Shown piece by piece: positions 1 through 8,674 of a DNA stretch of 64,000 nucleotides. Every line of letters starts with the position of its first letter. Position 1 is the stretch's first letter. The position numbers were made by a program, and so were the translations under genes. The notes below the pieces were generated by a model, which was given only the letters and a program-made list of their open reading frames with translations, did no database searches and was not told where the DNA came from. The DNA is taken from positions 74,401 through 138,400 of the forward strand of contig DATIID010000008.1 of the NCBI GenBank assembly GCA_035480035.1, given 5' to 3'. Origin of the DNA: Candidatus Saccharimonadales bacterium (lineage in GTDB: Bacteria; Patescibacteriota; Saccharimonadia; Saccharimonadales; OMJO01).

Positions 1-1
1 G

Positions 2-511
2 TTGTCGCTAACAGTTGGTTTGATCTTGCAAACGATTCAGGAACGCGTGCCATTCGCTGCCAAAATTTTAGTCTGGCTCGGTGAAATGGTTTGGGGTGTA
101 GCAACTTTCTTTGTAGTGCCAATCATTGCTGTCAGCGAAAAACCAGTCGGTCCAATTCAAGCTACCAAAGAGTCAACCAGCATAATTAAAAGGGTTTGGG
201 GCGAAAGTCTGATTGTTAACCTCGGTGTTGGCTTAATAGCATTGTTATCAATGCTAGTTTATATTCCACTTGCCATTATTATCAGCTTTTTGGCTAGCAC
301 CGTATCAGTGCCGCTAGCAATAGCTTTGGGGATACTGGCTTTTCTTGGTTTCTTCGTTCTGATTTTGGTATTTAACGTCCTGGGTGCCATTGCCAAAGCG
401 GCTGTCTATTATTGGGCAACCACCGACAAGGCACCCGAAAATTTCGACAAAGAATTGCTTCGAGCCTCATTGACCGACCGAAAAGCTAGAAAAATTTTCG
501 CATTGCGTTAA
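2..511 (+). CDS. Hypothetical polytopic membrane protein (5' partial)
   Basis: ORF open from window start; several hydrophobic helices (VATFFVVPIIAV, GLIALLSMLVYIPLAIIISFLA, GILAFLGFFVLILVF); no recognisable catalytic motif. Confidence 0.35.
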   Translation: MSLTVGLILQTIQERVPFAAKILVWLGEMVWGVATFFVVPIIAVSEKPVGPIQATKESTSIIKRVWGESLIVNLGVGLIALLSMLVYIPLAIIISFLASTVSVPLAIALGILAFLGFFVLILVFNVLGAIAKAAVYYWATTDKAPENFDKELLRASLTDRKARKIFALR

Positions 512-519
512 TGCAAAGG

Positions 520-1014
520 CTATCTGGGCTCTTTTTTGCCCTCGGCTAGCATGTCGCACATTCTAGCAATTCGAGCCACACGGGTTTCCGGTCTTTTGGC
601 TTCGTCAATCCAGCGAAAATATTCACGCTGGTGTGAATAAGCCAAACTTTCAAATTTTTCGAGTTGTTTGGCTTTGATCAAAGCTTTCTTAGCATCGGGT
701 GCAATCGGCCACTTGCGCTGCGCCGTGTCCAGCTCCACCACAACATGAACTTTGTCGCCTGGCTCTTTACCGAGTTCGGCCCGAACATCTTTGCGCAAAA
801 TTAGGCAAGCATCGCGGCCGCCCATTTTAGCTAGACTGCCTTGATAATGAACTTTACCGTCAAATATTGCTTTAATCGGCACCAAGTTACCTTTTCCGTA
901 CGTTTCTTTTAAATCTAGCGGGAACAAGATCCAGGCTGACGAATTGACGACGGATTCTTCACGTTCAATAAAAGCATCGAATTCAATTGGTCCGGGGTTT
1001 TTCAGCTCTGCCAT
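520..1014 (-). CDS. DUF1905 / YdeI-OmpD-associated family protein
   Basis: 164 aa; N-terminal DUF1905-like and C-terminal YdeI-like (bacteriocin-protection) pattern recalled from family knowledge; assignment is by pattern only. Confidence 0.4.
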   Translation of the reverse strand: MAELKNPGPIEFDAFIEREESVVNSSAWILFPLDLKETYGKGNLVPIKAIFDGKVHYQGSLAKMGGRDACLILRKDVRAELGKEPGDKVHVVVELDTAQRKWPIAPDAKKALIKAKQLEKFESLAYSHQREYFRWIDEAKRPETRVARIARMCDMLAEGKKEPR

Positions 1015-1172
1015 ACATAACAGTATACCTAACTAGTAATAACAGATGTGATGTGCTAGAATTACCCCTGTTGTTGACCAAGCCAGGGAAAAGAGCAGCG
1101 AGCTTGGTTCGCTTGCGAACACGGCTTTGCCGACGAGTAATGAGAAAAACCGTAGGTTTGTCTCATTACTAA

Positions 1173-1249
1173 GCACCCGTAGCTCAGCTGGATAGAGCGT
1201 TGGCTTGCGGAGCCAAAGGTCGTGAGTTCGAATCTCGCCGGGTGTACCA
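1173..1249 (+). tRNA. tRNA-Arg (anticodon GCG), CCA encoded
   Basis: 77-nt cloverleaf folded by hand: acceptor GCACCCG/CGGGTGT, D-arm GCTC/GAGC, anticodon stem TTGGC/GCCAA with loop TTGCGGA (U33, GCG, G37), T-loop TTCGAAT, A20 and discriminator A73 typical of Arg. Confidence 0.75.
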
Positions 1250-1325
1250 AATTATTTAGACTTGTTGCTCATGGTTTAACTTGGTATCTGATGTATCTTT
1301 CTTATGACAGTCGAGTTAGCTAGTT

Positions 1326-2027
1326 ATGAATAAAATAATTAACGAATCAATCCCTTTTTCGAACAATGAGTCTTTTGAGAAATTGGGGTTGCCCGAAGGC
1401 TTTTACACACGACGACTATCGGTTGAAGATGTTGAGGAGTTCGTGGCTTTTGACACCTGGAACTATGTTAACGCTAATCCAGATACGCCAACCGACCACC
1501 AAACCGGTTCCTACATTAACGAGACAGTTAGTGGATGGTTTAATGACGGCATTGTCATGGCCGAAGGCATTTTTGATAACGAAGGAAGCCTGATGGCGTC
1601 ATTAATGGTAGAGCCTTTGCCTGCCAAAGATGCACTTGACCTGACTAATATCAATACTCATATTAATTTGCGCGATAGGGGAATTGGGCATTATTTCCTA
1701 GACCGCACCGAAGCCATGGCCCGAAACTTTGATTTGTCAAAATGTACACTCCGGGTTGATCCGCTTAATAGTCGCGGCATGCATCTTTATATGGAGCATG
1801 GTTATAAAGTTACATCGTACGACAAAAGAGAAAAATGGTTATTTATGACTAATTGGTTAGTTGAAGGTCCTGAATTTGATTATTCAGATCAGATTGAAAT
1901 TAGAACAAGTGAAGATAATCGCTTAAAAGAAACGTTGGGTCTCGGCTACGTTGGCACAACTTTTGTTAGAAATACTGAAGTCGAAGATCCAAAAAATAAC
2001 AGCGTGATCTTTTCTAAATCTGTCTAA
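1326..2027 (+). CDS. Putative GNAT-family N-acetyltransferase
   Basis: 233 aa; RGIGHYFL motif resembles GNAT motif A (R-x-x-G-x-G); otherwise weak. Confidence 0.35.
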   Translation: MNKIINESIPFSNNESFEKLGLPEGFYTRRLSVEDVEEFVAFDTWNYVNANPDTPTDHQTGSYINETVSGWFNDGIVMAEGIFDNEGSLMASLMVEPLPAKDALDLTNINTHINLRDRGIGHYFLDRTEAMARNFDLSKCTLRVDPLNSRGMHLYMEHGYKVTSYDKREKWLFMTNWLVEGPEFDYSDQIEIRTSEDNRLKETLGLGYVGTTFVRNTEVEDPKNNSVIFSKSV

Positions 2028-2254
2028 TTTGATACTTGTTAGTTAACTAATATAAATCATTTATGTAATCAGTTATGTTGGAGTGGTGAAGGGACATCAC
2101 ATGACACTACTAATTATTGAACTGATGCTGGCTGTTTTTCTGTTATTTGCCTTGGGTGTAATGCTTTTTAAAGGACTACTAGAGTTATTCCCGGTGTGGC
2201 ATTAAGGTAACCAGGTCCATTTTACTTGTATAGATATTAGTTTATGATTTTGTT

Positions 2255-2548
2255 ATGCGAGAACAATCGAAAGTTGAGTGTAATGGTTCTATTTTTAAGT
2301 TTGAGCCTCCAGTTAAAATCAGAGACGATGAGCCGCCTATTGGCGAAGAAGAACCAGTTACGACATTAGAACGATTAGCAACAGTTGCTTGGTATGGCAC
2401 TGAGTTTCCTCGTGGTCTAGCCGACCAAACTTGTGAGGAAATGATGGTTCAATATTTTGAAGATGTTAAAAGAGATCCAAGAGAAATCTCTAATAAGCTA
2501 AATACTATATTGAAAGACAAATACGAAATAACTTTAGTTACTGAATAA
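2255..2548 (+). CDS. Hypothetical acidic protein
   Basis: 97-aa ORF, E/D-rich, no recognisable domain. Confidence 0.3.
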   Translation: MREQSKVECNGSIFKFEPPVKIRDDEPPIGEEEPVTTLERLATVAWYGTEFPRGLADQTCEEMMVQYFEDVKRDPREISNKLNTILKDKYEITLVTE

Positions 2549-2609
2549 ATTAGAGTCAAATATTCCGTTTCCACATAGAGCTATATGTGGTAGAGTTGCG
2601 AGCAATTAG

Positions 2610-2640
2610 TTGAGCTTAAGCATTTTGAATACTATATAAT
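2610..2640 (+). promoter_or_regulatory. Sigma70-like promoter (TTGAGC-17-TATATA) for the RND transporter gene, implying leaderless or very short-leader mRNA
   Basis: TTGAGC at 2610-2615, 17-nt spacer, TATATAAT at 2633-2640; the ATG at 2649 follows the -10 by about 9 nt with no RBS; a 7-bp hairpin (CCACATA...TATGTGG) sits at 2570-2589. Confidence 0.3.
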
Positions 2641-2648
2641 GTTCGGTA

Positions 2649-5528
2649 ATGCCAAAGGCTAGGAAAACTGTAGCTAAACCATCGGCTATCAAGGTGCCGA
2701 GAGACCGGTTGTTGCCAAGATTGACAACGACCTTTTTTGATCGACCACGAATTACGGCGTTAATCTGGGCGGTGTTAATTATTTTTGGCTCACTGAGCTA
2801 CACAACGCTTCTTCGCCGAGAAGGTTTTCCAAGTGTTAATATACCGCTGACAATTGTTAACGGCACTTATTTCGTTAATGATCCGGCCAAAGTTGACGGC
2901 AATGTGGCTAAACCGATTTCCGATATTGCCGTAAAAGATCCAGACGTAAAATCAATTCAATCACAAAGCGCTGACAACTTTTTTGTCATACAAGTTCAGT
3001 ATAAAGACGGCACCGATGCTAAAGCGGCCGCTAGTAAGCTCGAACAGGATGTTAAAAAAGACGGACATTTGCCAAAAAATGCTCAAGTTCAGTTCAATGT
3101 GCCGTATTTTGGCGCGACCGGCGGCGATACTCAACAAATTGATGGCGCCATTTCGTTTTATGACCAAAACGGTCAATCCCCAACCAAGCAAACTGTCGCT
3201 AAAGCTAACGAAGCAGTTAAATGGTTGAATGACCAAAAGTTGTCGCATGTCCAATCGGTTTTCTTGAAAAATCCATATGAGACTGTTACTAACCCGGCGA
3301 CCGGTAAAAAAGTGACAGTTCAGCATAATTTTGATCGATTTGGGCTCCGTGATGGCAATCAAACTAAGTTCTATAACTCGGTGATAATTGGTGTAACGGG
3401 TGTTAAAAATGTTGACGTCATTAAGCTTGATACGCAATTGCGCGACGCTGTAAATCGTTTACAACAGCAGCCACAATTTAAGAATTATAGCGCTGACGTC
3501 AGCGCTAGCTTTGCGCCAAACATTAAAGATAATCTGAGCGAGTTGCAACGCGTGTTATTAGAGGGTCTAGCGGCTATTTTAGTGGTTGGATCAATCGTAA
3601 TTGCGATTCGGGCCTCACTGATTACAGTCATTTCGATGGTGACTGTATTGCTGACTTCGTTAGGGTTTTTGTACCTGATTGGTTACAGCCTCAACGTTAT
3701 CACCTTGTTTGCGCTAATTCTTGGTCTGGCACTGATTGTTGACGACACCATCATTATGGTCGAGGCGATTGATGCAGCCAGACGGCGCCACAAAGACCCC
3801 CGAGTTGCCGTCAAAGAAGCGTCGCAACGCATTAGCCGGGCAATGGTAGCCGCAACGGCGACGGCGTCATTGAGCTTTGCACCACTACTGTTTGTTGGTG
3901 GTATTTTAGGTAGCTTTATCCGCGCCATTCCGATAACCATCATTGCTTCATTAATTCTCAGCTTGTTTATCGCACTGGTTCTAATCCCGTTTATGGCGCG
4001 CTACATCTTGCTTGGTAAAAAACAAATGGGCAGCAAAGGTGTTGAAGAAGTCGCTGCCGGTTTTGAAGCTCAAATTGCTCGTGTGATCGCTAGTCCAATG
4101 ATCTGGGCTCGAGGCAACAAGAAACGCCTGTTCGGTGTTGGTATTACTGCGCTGGTGATTGGCTTTGGCTTCACGGCCGCTGGTTTAACGATTGCTAAAA
4201 ATGTAGTCTTTAACATTTTCCCGCCAACAAAAAATACTAACGGCTTGGTTTTAAATATGAACTTCCCACCTGGCACCACAGTTGATAAAGCAGGTAAGAT
4301 TGCCGATAAAGCTAATCAACTGACCGCTGAAACAATTGGTAGTAACTTTGTTCAAAGTTCGTTTTATAATTCCGGCTCGGCACAATCGGCTATGGAGCAG
4401 ATCCAAATTATTTCTTATAACAAACGTGACGTCACATCACCAGAGCTGGTTAAACAGCTTCAGCAGCGCTTTGACAGCGACTTTAAGGACGCTAAGGTCT
4501 CAGTTGGCCAAAATGACGTCGGACCGCCAAGTTCGGCTTTTATCGTCCAGTTGGATGCTGCTAATCGAAAGCAATCCCTAAAAGCCGCTCAAGCCTTAGC
4601 TGATTATATGAACAAAGTAGAGTTGAAGCGATTGAATGGTAAAGTAGCCCATTTTGTAAACGTCAATATCTCAAATGCTAGTGAGTACGACCGCACCGGC
4701 AATAAACCGATTGTAATTGTCAGCGGCGGGTTTGACGGCAATGACACAACCACCTTAGTAACCCTTGGGCAAGATGCAGTCAAAAAAGAATTTAACGCCG
4801 ACAAGTTGAAGTCGTATGGCTTAAAATCGGACGCCCTCAGTTTCAACCTTGGTCAAGAATCAGATAACCAAAACTCGTTTAAAACTTTGGTCTTAGCTTT
4901 TCCGGTTCTGTTAGCGGTAATGTTTGTGCTGCTAGCGTTTGAATTTCATTCGCTATTACAACCGTTACTGATTTTTATGGCGATCCCGTTCAGTATTTTT
5001 GGCGTGATGCTTGGACTGTATCTAACCGACAACGCCATTAGCTTCTTTGCCTTGCTTGGATTCTTCGCTTTGCTGGGACTGAGTATTAAAAACACGATTC
5101 TATTAACCGACTATGCGAATCAAGCTCGGCGTAGTGGTATGGGCGCAATTGACGCCGCCCACGCCGCTCTTGAGGAACGATTCCGACCTTTATTTGCTAC
5201 TAGTGTCACGGCTGTCGTTTCGTTAATCCCATTGGCCCTGACCAGCCCGTTCTGGCAAGGTTTGGCAGTCGTCTTAATCTTTGGCTTAGTATCGAGCACG
5301 TTTTTGGTAGTAACAGTTTTCCCTTACTACTATTTGGGCGCCGAGTATTTGCGGCTACGCATTTCTCCTAAGCACTTCTTGGTCTGGGCGGCGGCCACAA
5401 TTGTTTTGGTTGTTCTAGCTACTAAACTTATCGGTGGTTATGGCTTTTACATTATTCCATTCAATTTGGCATTGGTAATTTTGCAAGCTATGTTTAAGAA
5501 GAAATTGATTCGTCCACATCAATTTTAG
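2649..5528 (+). CDS. RND superfamily (MMPL/HAE-like) transporter permease
   Basis: 959 aa; two repeats each of a large extracytoplasmic loop plus a TM bundle; conserved GLALIVDDTIIMVEAI motif matches the RND GxxVDDAIVVVENI signature. Confidence 0.7.
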   Translation: MPKARKTVAKPSAIKVPRDRLLPRLTTTFFDRPRITALIWAVLIIFGSLSYTTLLRREGFPSVNIPLTIVNGTYFVNDPAKVDGNVAKPISDIAVKDPDVKSIQSQSADNFFVIQVQYKDGTDAKAAASKLEQDVKKDGHLPKNAQVQFNVPYFGATGGDTQQIDGAISFYDQNGQSPTKQTVAKANEAVKWLNDQKLSHVQSVFLKNPYETVTNPATGKKVTVQHNFDRFGLRDGNQTKFYNSVIIGVTGVKNVDVIKLDTQLRDAVNRLQQQPQFKNYSADVSASFAPNIKDNLSELQRVLLEGLAAILVVGSIVIAIRASLITVISMVTVLLTSLGFLYLIGYSLNVITLFALILGLALIVDDTIIMVEAIDAARRRHKDPRVAVKEASQRISRAMVAATATASLSFAPLLFVGGILGSFIRAIPITIIASLILSLFIALVLIPFMARYILLGKKQMGSKGVEEVAAGFEAQIARVIASPMIWARGNKKRLFGVGITALVIGFGFTAAGLTIAKNVVFNIFPPTKNTNGLVLNMNFPPGTTVDKAGKIADKANQLTAETIGSNFVQSSFYNSGSAQSAMEQIQIISYNKRDVTSPELVKQLQQRFDSDFKDAKVSVGQNDVGPPSSAFIVQLDAANRKQSLKAAQALADYMNKVELKRLNGKVAHFVNVNISNASEYDRTGNKPIVIVSGGFDGNDTTTLVTLGQDAVKKEFNADKLKSYGLKSDALSFNLGQESDNQNSFKTLVLAFPVLLAVMFVLLAFEFHSLLQPLLIFMAIPFSIFGVMLGLYLTDNAISFFALLGFFALLGLSIKNTILLTDYANQARRSGMGAIDAAHAALEERFRPLFATSVTAVVSLIPLALTSPFWQGLAVVLIFGLVSSTFLVVTVFPYYYLGAEYLRLRISPKHFLVWAAATIVLVVLATKLIGGYGFYIIPFNLALVILQAMFKKKLIRPHQF

Positions 5529-5566
5529 TTGCGCTTGGCCGTGGCATGCCGTAATCTGGTATTTAA

Positions 5567-6268
5567 ATGGTGAGGCAAAGTCGCGGACGATTGTATTGTT
5601 TTTCGCCGCCAGTCATGCTGGCAACCTTTATTATTGAAACGTTTTCGTTTATTTATGTATTTGTACGCTACAAGCTGACGACTTTCACACGCTTAGCCAC
5701 GGCAACTTTAGGTTTATTAGCAATTTTTCAGCTAGCCGAATACAACGTTTGCGGCGGTCATGGAGTTTCGGCAGCAACTTGGTCACGGATAGGTTTTATG
5801 GCTATAACCTTACTGCCGCCGCTCGGTATACACTTAATCCAAACTATTTCCGGTCGTAACATTCGTTGGGTTGTCGGTCTAAGTTATTTGTCGGGGTTAA
5901 CTTTTGCTGGACTATTTGGCTTAAGCCAAAGTTCATTCAATAGCCACATTTGCGCCGGTAACTATGCTATTTTCCAATTAGCCAACAACCTTGGCGGCGC
6001 TTATTTTGCTTATTACTATACTCTGTTATTTTTGGGGATTAGTTTGGGACTTTACTTTAGTCTGTCGGCCAAACAAAGGGTTCGTGAAGGCTTAATTTTG
6101 CAAGTTTTTGGCTACTTATGTTTTTTGTTACCAACCGGGGTAACTAATGCTGTTAATCCACAGACCATCAGCGGTATTCCAAGTATAATGTGTGGCTATG
6201 CCGTAATCTACGCCTTAATTTTGACACTTGGTATAGTACCGGGACTAGCTTCAACCAAAAAAACTTAG
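5567..6268 (+). CDS. Hypothetical polytopic membrane protein
   Basis: 233 aa, 6-7 hydrophobic segments; start uncertain. Confidence 0.3.
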   Translation: MVRQSRGRLYCFSPPVMLATFIIETFSFIYVFVRYKLTTFTRLATATLGLLAIFQLAEYNVCGGHGVSAATWSRIGFMAITLLPPLGIHLIQTISGRNIRWVVGLSYLSGLTFAGLFGLSQSSFNSHICAGNYAIFQLANNLGGAYFAYYYTLLFLGISLGLYFSLSAKQRVREGLILQVFGYLCFLLPTGVTNAVNPQTISGIPSIMCGYAVIYALILTLGIVPGLASTKKT

Positions 6269-6852
6269 AAACGAATTTTGCGCATTAATTGATCAGTCAG
6301 ATCGTGGTCACGTTGTTCAAGCGGCAGATAACCGCTTAAGACATTAACAATACTTTTTTCATCTTTATGGTCATAGTAAATTGACAGTGGCGGCATAAAG
6401 CGTGTCATCGGCAGCAACAGAATCGAAGGGACGCCACTCTCGTCCATAATCGCGAACGACTTAAATCGAGCGTAAGGATAAGTTTTGGGACCAATCTTTA
6501 GTCCGCTGTTATCTAACACGTATTCCAAATTTTCCGGCTTGCGGGCAGCAAATACACCGAATATCACAAACATGGCCAGAATCAAAAAGGTTGGTAAGTA
6601 ATCGTGATTGGTAGTTAGAAAAACAATCCCGCCAATCACCACACCGCCCAAACCAAGGCCCATGAACCACATCGTATTTTTATCGTGAGCCATGTACTCC
6701 GAAGCCGTCCAGCTAACACTTTGCTGATGCGTAGGAGGTGGTGCATTCTGCGAAGTCGCCCCCTCAGACACGGCGGCTTTGTCGTCGGCACTAAATGTCC
6801 AGTTCGAATCTGATAGTTTAGCGTCTTCGCTGTCCGCCTTTTTCTTTGCCAT
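6265..6852 (-). CDS. Hypothetical membrane protein
   Basis: 195 aa; N-terminal soluble region then two TM helices (FMGLGLGGVVIGGIVFL, LILAMFVIFGVFAA). Confidence 0.35.
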   Translation of the reverse strand: MAKKKADSEDAKLSDSNWTFSADDKAAVSEGATSQNAPPPTHQQSVSWTASEYMAHDKNTMWFMGLGLGGVVIGGIVFLTTNHDYLPTFLILAMFVIFGVFAARKPENLEYVLDNSGLKIGPKTYPYARFKSFAIMDESGVPSILLLPMTRFMPPLSIYYDHKDEKSIVNVLSGYLPLEQRDHDLTDQLMRKIRF

Positions 6853-6898
6853 AAGCGTATTCTACAGTGACCGCGGGAAGCAGTCAAAGTGTCGGCCT

Positions 6899-8359
6899 TT
6901 AATTTTCCAATAAAATCGCTTCAGATGTTATGTAAGTTTGGTGCCAGTGTTCGTTTTCCAGGCGCCCAACAAGTTTATTGGTTTGGTTATCACGAAGCAA
7001 CAGTGCGCATTTAACGTCGTACTTGCTAAATTCTGATTTTCTCAGTCGATCGTCGCTAAATATTTTAGTGTAAATGTTGAAGTACTTCTGACCTTGTTCA
7101 TTGCGCCAACTTGGCATTCGGCCATCGATATAAATCGGTTGGTTTGGCAATTGCCAGATTAAAAAACCGCCAAGATTATAAGAATTAAAGATGTTGCCGC
7201 TACAAGGATGATCTTTCAGGTAGGTGTAAACCGTAAAGTCGGTTGAAATATCATATTTCTGCGGAATCCAGCTAACCCCAGACCGATAAACACCGTAGCC
7301 GACATCACCCAATACGATTAGAACTAATATGACTAGGACAACTTTGACACGAAGCTTAGGTTTTTTAGGGATGTTTTTACGTGCTTGTTTTGCATAATCT
7401 TCAAGTTTGGGCATGGCGGCTATGACAAAAAGAATGATATGCCGGGTTGACGATAGCCCAGCTAAAAACAACAGCTTATCAAACGTAAACAAATCGTCAA
7501 ATTTCTTTTTGGTGTACAGAATTGTGCCAGCTATCCAAAGCGAAATATAAGCCTGAGATTGCCAAAAGATCAGAAACGGACGCCATTCGACAATCTGCCA
7601 ATGGAGTTGGCTATCAAACAGAGTGGTAAATACTTCAAAATATAATCTTGGACCGTAGGGGTTTATAAAGGTTGCTAAAATTGACAGGCCAAATATTTTG
7701 AGCCACAGCCAATCGCGTTCCTTGATTAGTAAAAAACCAATGTAGGCCAGACCAATAATGAAGCCGCCATGTAAGTTGGTCCACAGCATTATGATTAATG
7801 GCATGAGAAAAATAAACTTTGATCTTAAGCGCTTACTCTCGGATAGTCTGATCAGAACTGCCAGCAGCAGTGCCGACCAAGCCATTGGTCGAACTGAAAC
7901 GTAGGGCTGAATCGCAATGGCGGCCAAAAGCATAGTAATTAAGTACCGCTTCCCGGTTACAAATAGAGCTGATGTCCAAACACCGGCAAACACCAGCGTC
8001 AAACCAATGTAAGAAATACGATTAAATATCAGGGCATTAATAACGTCGCTTAGCCATTCATGGTCAATCCAGCGATAATTTCTGGCGGTATAAGTAAACA
8101 CGTCGTGGCCTGGAACCCAGTGCGCCAAAATGTAGCGGCCAGCCTGCAAATGCCAGCCAAAGTCTGGATCGATAGTGTTCCAGACAATCAGTCCAAAAAC
8201 GGTGAAAACAATAACAAACTTAAGGCACTGCGTAAGTTTAGGATGTTTATCGGCAAACTTCGTCAGTTTTTGCCAAAGCACTTGAAGTTTAGCCCAAGCA
8301 ACATCGAATTGGGTAACTGGCTTTGTCTGATTTTTAACAGTTTTATTAATGATACTCAA
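6899..8359 (-). CDS. Polytopic membrane protein, possible GT-C-type glycosyltransferase
   Basis: 486 aa, more than 9 TM helices with a C-terminal soluble domain; architecture like lipid-linked sugar transferases; no firm motif. Confidence 0.35.
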   Translation of the reverse strand: MSIINKTVKNQTKPVTQFDVAWAKLQVLWQKLTKFADKHPKLTQCLKFVIVFTVFGLIVWNTIDPDFGWHLQAGRYILAHWVPGHDVFTYTARNYRWIDHEWLSDVINALIFNRISYIGLTLVFAGVWTSALFVTGKRYLITMLLAAIAIQPYVSVRPMAWSALLLAVLIRLSESKRLRSKFIFLMPLIIMLWTNLHGGFIIGLAYIGFLLIKERDWLWLKIFGLSILATFINPYGPRLYFEVFTTLFDSQLHWQIVEWRPFLIFWQSQAYISLWIAGTILYTKKKFDDLFTFDKLLFLAGLSSTRHIILFVIAAMPKLEDYAKQARKNIPKKPKLRVKVVLVILVLIVLGDVGYGVYRSGVSWIPQKYDISTDFTVYTYLKDHPCSGNIFNSYNLGGFLIWQLPNQPIYIDGRMPSWRNEQGQKYFNIYTKIFSDDRLRKSEFSKYDVKCALLLRDNQTNKLVGRLENEHWHQTYITSEAILLEN

Positions 8360-8528
8360 CTTTGTTATTTTAGTCGCAGGTTTTCCTACTGCCTAGTATT
8401 GTTTCAAAGTCGGGGTCGAGCTGTCTAGTGGGTTTGACTAAACTACAATGATTTGCACTCTTGAACCAAGCATAACTTTAACTTACTCTATACAAAGCCT
8501 TCACTGACAGCTAAACTGTAAGTCCTAC

Positions 8529-8621
8529 GGAGAGGTACCCAAGTGGCTGAAGGGGATGGTTTGCTAAATCATTAGGGGGGCGCAAGCTCCCGCGAGGGTT
8601 CGAATCCCTCCCTCTCCGCCA
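8529..8621 (+). tRNA. tRNA-Ser (anticodon GCU), type II long variable arm, CCA encoded
   Basis: Acceptor GGAGAGG/CCTCTCC, 3-bp D-stem, anticodon loop TTGCTAA, long variable arm, T-loop TTCGAAT. Confidence 0.85.
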
Positions 8622-8674
8622 AAATAGCTAAATTAAGCCAGCCTGGTGGTTGTTATACAAAAATTCGGTGACTA

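Noticed and set aside
1062-1250. 62-aa minus-strand ORF and 61-aa plus-strand ORF (987-1172) around the tRNA-Arg
   Set aside because: They overlap the tRNA gene and its flanks and have no RBS or domain. The region is explained by the tRNA.
8060-8428. 122-aa plus-strand ORF overlapping the 5' end of the 6899-8359 membrane-protein gene
   Set aside because: Embedded antisense in a long, hydrophobic, codon-consistent membrane-protein ORF. No support.
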